A stretch of DNA of 64,000 nucleotides from Dehalococcoidia bacterium. GTDB taxonomy: Bacteria; Chloroflexota; Dehalococcoidia; Lucifugimonadales; UBA3495. Where the stretch lies: the NCBI GenBank assembly GCA_965242615.1, contig CBDESR010000004.1:722124-786123 (forward strand), in the 5' to 3' direction. Positions 57,034-64,000 of this stretch are shown here, piece by piece. Position 1 is the first letter of the stretch; every line of letters starts with the position of its first letter. The notes below the pieces were generated by a model. That model was not told the DNA's origin. It did no database searches and worked only from the letters and a program-made list of their open reading frames with translations. Position numbers and translations under genes: made by a program.

Positions 57034-59405
57034 TTCCCTACCGCGAACTCCGTTTCCCACGAGCGTTCCCCGCCAATGACAAACTGCCCGGTGCGGATGC
57101 CTGCGATGGGATAGTCGGGCAAGCGGATAGTAGCCAGGCATTTGCCGTCAAACTGCGCTCCGTAGCGGGCAAAGTCAAAATCCAGGTTGTCCACCCCATG
57201 CTCCTGCCGCGCCGCCGGCAAGTCCGCTACATCCGCCGGCAGCAGATGCAGAAAGAAACGGGCCGCCGTATCCGCCGGCTGGCATTGCTCTTTGACATAG
57301 TGCAGTTGATTGTCCCGCAAATACAGGTCAAAGGCAGCGCGGTGCGCCGGTTCACCGGCTACGATGGATGGATAGGCGGCGCGGTACAAGGGCGTGTTGT
57401 CCACCGGGAAACGGACGCGCCAGATTTCCCCTTGCCCGGTTTCAATTTCGGACAAGGGATAGTCCGGCAGCGGCACCACCGCCAAGCAATCATCCTCCAG
57501 CTGAACGCCGCGTACGCCAAAGGTAAAGTCCCGATTGGCGAAGCCGTGTCGCCGCTCCGGAACGGGCAAATCCCCCAAGTGAACGGGAAAGAGATGCAAA
57601 CTGAACCGAATATCCTTTGCCAAGGAGTCGCAAGGGGATTGAGTGTAAATTAGCTGCCGGTCGTGGATGTGCAGGTCGAATTCGGCCCGGGCCGCCGGTT
57701 CCCGGGATTCCAGGGGCTGTCCCAGCTGCCGGTAGTAACTGCCGGCAGCGTAATTCGGATTAACCCGGAATATGACACCGTCAGACATTTCCGCTATCGG
57801 CTCCAACCCCGGCAGCGTCCTCAAATCGGCGGCCTGGTAGTTGTAAAGGCGATTGCGCGGCCGATCAAAGAGCCAAGCTACATAACTCCCGGCGGGAGCC
57901 GTCGCAACCTGCCAGCGCATACGGTCTAGGTCCCGGACCAAATTCCGATAAGGTTGCAGCCGGCCCGAGGTGTAGATATAGGCCGGAGGCTGCAAGTTAG
58001 TTAACACCGGGCCAGCAAGGGCGCTTTTCCGCAGGTGTCTCAGAACTTCCGAATTGACCCAACGGGGATTGCTGAAGGCGCCGCTGCCCGGCGCGTCGGG
58101 ACGGTCGGAGTTGGATAGCTTTATAGCCTGCCAACTCAGGGCCGCACTGTGTGCCAGCCAAGCTGAAATTATCGCTATAGCGATTAGTGGAATAATCGTC
58201 AGCAGAAGCCTCCGGGCCGGCCGGCCGGAACCGGATTTCTTTGGGGACGCCGCGGCCGCATTCCGCCGCAACTCTCCTATGTAGCCCAGGAAACGGTCCA
58301 GGACGAACAAGCCAACCAGCAACAAGACCGGCCACAATGGTCTCAAATGCCTAGCTTCAAAACCGACACTAGTAGTTCCCAGCGATATGGCAACCGAGTA
58401 CAAAGCGAGGTAGGCCAGGGCAAAACCGCCAAAGATGTAAAAGGGACGCCAACTGACTCCGTCCTCTCCTTTCCGTAGCTCCCGGATTAAGGTATAACCT
58501 ACCGCTACCCCCAGGATAGCCAGCAACCCGCCCCAGACCGCCAGCGGAATAAACCCGGCGGCGGGCGATGCCGGATTAAGGAATATCCAGTGGGGCAGAA
58601 CTGTGGAAACACCTTCCAGAACCTCCGGCAAGGTAGGGGAGATATAGTTTCTATCGCCAGCGACACCGCCGGTCTCTAGCGAGTTCCGCAACATCCACAG
58701 ACCCAGCGGCACCGCCGCTATTGGCAAGTAAAGGCAAATGCTTTTTAACTTCTCCGGCAGAGTTGCTCCGTGCCGGAAAATCAGCAAAACTACTACCACC
58801 GCCGGCAGAACAATACCCATATAGCGGGTCAGCAGCGCCAGCGCGGTGCCGATTCCAACCCAAATCAGAGCGGAGGTTTTGCCCTTATCTAGGAACCGGT
58901 CAGCCTGGATTAAGATTAAGACGGTCAACAAAATAAACAGCGGTTCCGAATAGGCTTGGGACGCCGTCCAGACCAAGGGGATAGAAAAGGCTAATGCCAA
59001 GCAACCCCACACGGTCAGCAAGACGGACTGGAGCCGTTGCCGCAGGTAGCTGCCGGCAACATAAATGGTCAATCCGAAAATAGCGGCGTTGACCGGGCCG
59101 GCCGCCGCGTAAGGGTCAAAGGCAAGCAACCCGGCGGCAGCTAATAACAGCGGATAAAGGGGAGGTTGCAATGAATAAGTATGTCCGTCAAAACCGGTAA
59201 AACCGGCCCCGTCAGCCAAATTGCGCGCTACGGAGATGTAATAGACGGGATCCCAATCCAGCCCGACGCCGTAGCTGATTTGCCGAGCCAGCACCAAGCC
59301 GGCGCCCAGCAGAGACAGCGCAGTCAGCAATAGAGTAAAAGGTCGCGGTCGGCAATGGGCAAGCCAACCAGCGGTGCCGGACAATGTAACCCTCGGACGA
59401 GTCAT
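57030..59405 (-). CDS. GT-C-like membrane protein (second N-terminal subtype) with 2 two-Cys repeats
   Basis: DPVYYISVARNL..G.G, PPLYPLLLA, SEPLF, TRYMG; same C-terminal repeat. Confidence 0.75.
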   Translation of the reverse strand: MTRPRVTLSGTAGWLAHCRPRPFTLLLTALSLLGAGLVLARQISYGVGLDWDPVYYISVARNLADGAGFTGFDGHTYSLQPPLYPLLLAAAGLLAFDPYAAAGPVNAAIFGLTIYVAGSYLRQRLQSVLLTVWGCLALAFSIPLVWTASQAYSEPLFILLTVLILIQADRFLDKGKTSALIWVGIGTALALLTRYMGIVLPAVVVVLLIFRHGATLPEKLKSICLYLPIAAVPLGLWMLRNSLETGGVAGDRNYISPTLPEVLEGVSTVLPHWIFLNPASPAAGFIPLAVWGGLLAILGVAVGYTLIRELRKGEDGVSWRPFYIFGGFALAYLALYSVAISLGTTSVGFEARHLRPLWPVLLLVGLFVLDRFLGYIGELRRNAAAASPKKSGSGRPARRLLLTIIPLIAIAIISAWLAHSAALSWQAIKLSNSDRPDAPGSGAFSNPRWVNSEVLRHLRKSALAGPVLTNLQPPAYIYTSGRLQPYRNLVRDLDRMRWQVATAPAGSYVAWLFDRPRNRLYNYQAADLRTLPGLEPIAEMSDGVIFRVNPNYAAGSYYRQLGQPLESREPAARAEFDLHIHDRQLIYTQSPCDSLAKDIRFSLHLFPVHLGDLPVPERRHGFANRDFTFGVRGVQLEDDCLAVVPLPDYPLSEIETGQGEIWRVRFPVDNTPLYRAAYPSIVAGEPAHRAAFDLYLRDNQLHYVKEQCQPADTAARFFLHLLPADVADLPAARQEHGVDNLDFDFARYGAQFDGKCLATIRLPDYPIAGIRTGQFVIGGERSWETEFAVGN

Positions 59406-59473
59406 AGCGGAATTATACCACCCCTAATCGGTCAAACCTCGAAAGACCCTCGGACTGGCTAAAACACCTCATC

Positions 59474-61858
59474 CTACCGCGCCACCGGAAAGGAAATTTC
59501 CCAAAACCGTTCCCCGCCAATGACAAACTGCCCGGTACGGATTTCTTTCAGCGGATAGTCGGGTAACGCTATCCGGGCCAGGCATTTGCCGTCAAACAGC
59601 TCCCCCCGTTGGGCAAAGTCAAAATCCCGGTTGTCCGTGCCGTGCTGCTGCCGTTCCAAGGGCAGGTTGGCGACATTCACCGGCACGAAGTGCAGAAAGA
59701 AGCGAGCTGCTGTGTCCGCCGGAAGGCAGGGATCCTTGAGGTAATACAGCCGGTCATTCTGTAAATACAGGTCGAAAACAGAGCGGCGCAACGGATCGCC
59801 GGCCGTGATAAAGGGGTAAGCGTCCCGGTATTCATCGGTATAATCCACGGGGAACCGGGTGCGCTCTTGCTGCCCCCGGCCGGTGCGGATTTCGGTAATC
59901 TGGTAATTGGGCAGCGGAACCGTGATCAGGCACTTGCCGTCAAACACCGCGCCGTAATCGTCGAAGTTAAAATCCAAGTTGTCAAAGCCGTATCGCCACC
60001 GTTCCACCGGCAGGGCAAACTTGTCCAGCGTATTCAGATGCAGGGCGAACCGGCCGGCCGTATCCTCCCCATCGCACGGCTCCTTCAAGTAGGTCAAGGC
60101 ATTGCCCCGCAGGTACAAGTCAAACTCGCCCCGGGCGGTCGGTTCCCCGGATACCAAGGAACCGTATTGCCCGGTGAACTGGTCCCGGTCGTAAAGGAAT
60201 ATCCGCTGGTTCCCCGGCGTCAGCAGCGCCGGCCCCGGCTCCCGCCGGCCGGTGATAACAAAATCAGCCCGGTGATAGTTGCTTTCCTGCGGGGCAAAGA
60301 GCAGTATGCTGCCGGACAGGTAGTAATGTATTCCCTCCCGGGCGCCGACGAACTGTTTCAGGGTTTCCGACGCCGGCGGCACCGCCACAAAGACCACTTT
60401 CCCCGGTGTCAGCTCCCGAATGATCTCGAAATCAGCCACGACTTCGGCGTGAAACTCGGCAAAGGCCGGGTCATAGCCGGAGCCCTTGACCTGGTAAGCC
60501 GACAGGATGAAAAGGGCCGCCGTAACTATCGCCAATCCCGCTATTGCCCCGGTCGCCAGCCTAGAGACAATACGGCCGCCAGCCCGCTGGCGCAGGTACG
60601 CCAGGCCGCCGCAGAACAAGACCAACGGGATGCCAATGTAGAATACGCCCTCGAAAGGGTGAAAGGCGACGAAATTACGCATTGCCACAGCCCACAGGAC
60701 ACCAGAAAAAGCCAGCGTCGCCAACAGTATCCGTTGGCGTCCCCAAAGCAAAGCACACAGGCAACCTCCACCCACTAGAACAAATATGACTACAGATTGA
60801 CCGGGCAACGGCATTGATGGCCGTTGCCCCAGCAAATCCAGCCGATCGGCCAAGGCATAAGGGAAAGACATCAGGCTGACCCGGTATAGCTGCTCCTCCA
60901 AGTAATTGGGCCAAGCCAGGGCGGCGGCATAGGCGGCGCTCCGCTCCCCGTCGGCGCCCACGCGAAACAGAGCAGAGCGGACGGTGGGGAGGTCATTGAA
61001 AGCGCGTTCCCCATTATAGGAAAGATATTCATTCCCCAGATTAAAGGCCAGAACCCCCATCCCGAACAGCAGTGTAATCACGCCCAGCAGCAGGTAGCGG
61101 CTCCGGAGCAACCGACCGGCCCGTTCTTTAAGAGGATGCAACGGAGACGGCGACGGTGGGACAGTGTCAGTGTCAACTGGGACGAAGCGGCGGGAAAACA
61201 ATTGCCTAGCCAGTCCAAGAGTAATAAAGACCAGGAGCAGCGCATATACGTGCCAGCCCAGCAGCAAGGCAAAGCAGGACTTGACCAGCAGTTGACGGAA
61301 CCGTCCCTCTTGCTCAAAAACGACCATCCCGTGAAAGGTCAGCATTATTCCGAATAAATGAAACATCGACTCGCCTACCATAGTGTTGAAAAACAGCGCC
61401 GGGTAGGCGGCAAAGGGCAGCAGAGTAGCGGCGAGGGCAACCCATCCATCGCCGGCGATGCGGGATAAGGACAGCCAAGCCAGGATGACGGCGGCGGAGA
61501 AAAATGCCAACATCAGCAACCGGGCGGCGGAGATTTGCGCCGTCAGGGAATCGCCAAAGGGCAGGATTGCCAGCTTAATCAACGCATAGCCGCCAATGGG
61601 ATAACGGCTATACGGTTCATAAGCCAACCGTCCCCCATCATCCAGCGTCTGCCGGTAGAATAGCAGGAAATTATGTTGTGGGGAGAGGTTCGTGGCTTGG
61701 GTCAGGCTGCTGGCAGAGATAGAGTCGTAATGCCGCATCAGATAGCTGCGACCCTCGCCAAAAATGAACGCCGCCGGCAAAGCCAGCAGCAACAAAAGCA
61801 GGGGAAGCAGGGACACGGTGTCAGTGGACTTGAGCCAGGCGCGCCATCGTTGCAGCAT
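59474..61858 (-). CDS. Multi-TM GT-C-like protein (third N-terminal subtype) with 2 two-Cys repeats
   Basis: YSRYPIG, many TM helices; ATG 61858 preceded by TATAAT; same C-terminal repeat. Confidence 0.7.
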   Translation of the reverse strand: MLQRWRAWLKSTDTVSLLPLLLLLLALPAAFIFGEGRSYLMRHYDSISASSLTQATNLSPQHNFLLFYRQTLDDGGRLAYEPYSRYPIGGYALIKLAILPFGDSLTAQISAARLLMLAFFSAAVILAWLSLSRIAGDGWVALAATLLPFAAYPALFFNTMVGESMFHLFGIMLTFHGMVVFEQEGRFRQLLVKSCFALLLGWHVYALLLVFITLGLARQLFSRRFVPVDTDTVPPSPSPLHPLKERAGRLLRSRYLLLGVITLLFGMGVLAFNLGNEYLSYNGERAFNDLPTVRSALFRVGADGERSAAYAAALAWPNYLEEQLYRVSLMSFPYALADRLDLLGQRPSMPLPGQSVVIFVLVGGGCLCALLWGRQRILLATLAFSGVLWAVAMRNFVAFHPFEGVFYIGIPLVLFCGGLAYLRQRAGGRIVSRLATGAIAGLAIVTAALFILSAYQVKGSGYDPAFAEFHAEVVADFEIIRELTPGKVVFVAVPPASETLKQFVGAREGIHYYLSGSILLFAPQESNYHRADFVITGRREPGPALLTPGNQRIFLYDRDQFTGQYGSLVSGEPTARGEFDLYLRGNALTYLKEPCDGEDTAGRFALHLNTLDKFALPVERWRYGFDNLDFNFDDYGAVFDGKCLITVPLPNYQITEIRTGRGQQERTRFPVDYTDEYRDAYPFITAGDPLRRSVFDLYLQNDRLYYLKDPCLPADTAARFFLHFVPVNVANLPLERQQHGTDNRDFDFAQRGELFDGKCLARIALPDYPLKEIRTGQFVIGGERFWEISFPVAR

Positions 61859-61924
61859 AGCGGGATTATAACACACTTAGCCGGTCAAACCTTGATAACG
61901 CCTGTTCCGGCTAAACCCCGCGCC

Positions 61925-64000
61925 TTACCGCGACACCGGCAAATAGACTTCCCAAAACCGCTCACCCCCGAGGACAAATTGCCCAGTGCGAATTTCCTGC
62001 ACCGGGTAGTCGGGCAGAATTGCCCGGGCCAGGCATTTGCCGTCAAACAGCTCCCCGCGTTGGGCGAAGTCAAAATCTTGGTTGTCCGTACCGTACTGCT
62101 GCCGTTCCAGGGGCAGGTCGGCAACATTCACCGGCACGAAGTGCAGAAAGAAGCGGGCCGCCGTGTCCGCCGGGGCGCACGGCTCCTTGAGGAAATACAA
62201 CCGGTCATTCTGTAAATACAAGTCAAAGACGGAGCGGGCCGCTGGCTCGCCGCGGGTGAGTTCCTGATAGGTCGCTTGACGGCGTTCCGCCATTCCCAGC
62301 GGCAGCCGGACCCGCCACCGGTCGCCTTGGCCGGTGCGGATTTCGTCAATGGGGTAATCCGGCAGGGGAACCGTCGCCAAGCATACTCCGCCCAATCGCG
62401 CGCCATTGCGGTAGAAATAGAAGTCCCGATTGTCAAAGCGATGCTGACGCCGCTCGGGGGGCAAGTCGGATTGGTTGGTGGGGATGATGTGCAAAGAAAA
62501 TTTGGTCTCAGTATCCGCCGGGCGGCATCGCTCCTTCAGGTAATGCAGGGTCTGCTCCCGCCGGTACAAGTCAAAATCGGCGCGAGCATCCGGCTGGTCG
62601 GCGGCCAGGGACTGATAAACTGCTTGGGTCGCCTGCCGGTACTCGGCCGCCAGGTCGGTATAAGGGCGGCTCGGCTCGGCCGGCTCCACTGCCATCAAGG
62701 TGTTGCCATACGCTTGAACGATGCACTTGGCCGTGGCCGGCAATTCCCGTTGCCAGCCGCCGGCGTAATAACCGGGCAGCGCAAAACCGACATTTTCACC
62801 GCGAATAAATATCCGCTGCCGGTCGGCCAGCGGCAGGATTTCCCGGTTTCGCTTCAAGTCGTTTCGCCCCAGCCCTTCCAAATAAAGCGGCAAATCCGGG
62901 TACTCTTTCAACAAACATTCCAGACTTCCCCGGTAGGACAGCCCCCAATAGTCCAAATCGTACTGGGAGCGCAGATATTCCGGGGTTGTACGGTCCACCA
63001 GAAAGTTGAAATAGACTTGCTGGCTGGGGTGCAGTTGCAGCATCTGGAGGATGACCAGAACCAATCCGACGCCGCCCAGACCATAGACTCCGGTTCGCAG
63101 AGCTTTACGGTTAAAGTTGGCCGCCAGCCAATGTATTCCGATTGCTGCTAGCAGGCATAGGGGGGCGTAGAGAAAGAATATCTGCCGCCAGCCATTGTAG
63201 ATAGTGGTGCCGGTCAGGGCGATTGCCAGTACCGGCAGCGTGCCGCCAGCTAGCAACAGGAAGCCAAAGCGCAAGTTGCCGTTGCGGAAAACCGCAAGGG
63301 GACGACTGATGCCGTGCGCTAGAACCGCCGCCGCGCCGACCAGCGCCAGCAGCAGGACAACCGGGGGTGTGGTAATGGCAATCCAAACCGGGAGGTAACG
63401 GGGTGGGGCTTCCGTAGAGAGGATAAGCTCGCCTTGGAACACCTGCCCTATAATCGCGGGAAATTGGAAAAGTGCCGTAAGTATCCGCGCTATTGACGAG
63501 GGGTCGCGCCAAAGATACGGGGTGGCGACATAATAAGCCAAGCCGCCAGCCAGTAAAAACAATCCAGCGGTCAGCAAAACGCGGCGGCGTTCCGCTACCC
63601 CGGCAGCAAAGAGCAAATCCCAACCCCGCATTGCGATAACGGCGACGAGCAGTATCAATCCCATAATCCGAGCGGTGGTCAATAGCCCCGCCACTACACC
63701 GCAAAGCACAAAGGCTCCAACCGTGTCTTTCCGGAATGCCCGGTGGATCAGAAACAGGGCAATCATAAACATACTGACGAAGGGCAAATCTTTGGAGTTA
63801 AAGAAAGAATGGGCGTACAGCCGGGGATGCAGCAAAAACAGTAACAATGCCAGCAACGCCAGCAGCCGATTGTTGAATAATCGGTACACTAGCAGGTAGC
63901 AGAAAAATCCGCCAGTGACAAAGAAAAAATGAAGCAGAATGTGGCGGCTGAGGTGGATTTGGCGAGTATCCTCTAATCTCAAAGACGCGCTCAATCAGTA
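61925..64000 (-). CDS. GT-C-fold membrane glycosyltransferase paralog (5' end outside window), 2 repeats
   Basis: HPRLYAHSFFNSKD, YNGWRQ, DYWG, LPDYP repeats. Confidence 0.8.

Overview
GC-rich bacterial chromosomal segment. The gene set and style (many leaderless genes, secreted proteins ending in 'NCWNxxxW', expanded GT-C membrane proteins) suggest Chloroflexota/Dehalococcoidia, possibly a host-associated SAR202-like lineage; this is inference only. Housekeeping genes (rex, bioY, apt, gyrA, tgt, moaD/E, rsmI) are interleaved with accessory modules. The most striking locus is 11.57-14.26 kb. There an IS1595-family transporter element, inserted at the centre of a 66-bp palindrome and itself hit by an IS1 in its left terminal repeat, carries an unusual tRNA gene. 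That tRNA has a tRNA-Ser body and identity elements but a Pro-type AGG anticodon and an extra-long variable arm, and it is bracketed by a perfect 15-bp inverted repeat. Other notable items: tgt flanked by a ~300-bp inverted repeat containing a small Cys-rich ORF; an unannotated CxxU Rdx/SelW-like selenoprotein; seven GT-C-fold membrane proteins sharing a repeated ~100-aa two-Cys domain (one split by a G14 tract); a PLD-nuclease/MTase pair; Mrr; a HigA/ParA/TIR mini-island; and surface proteins with Cys-containing C-terminal sorting-like tails. All assignments come from motif recognition by eye; no searches were run.
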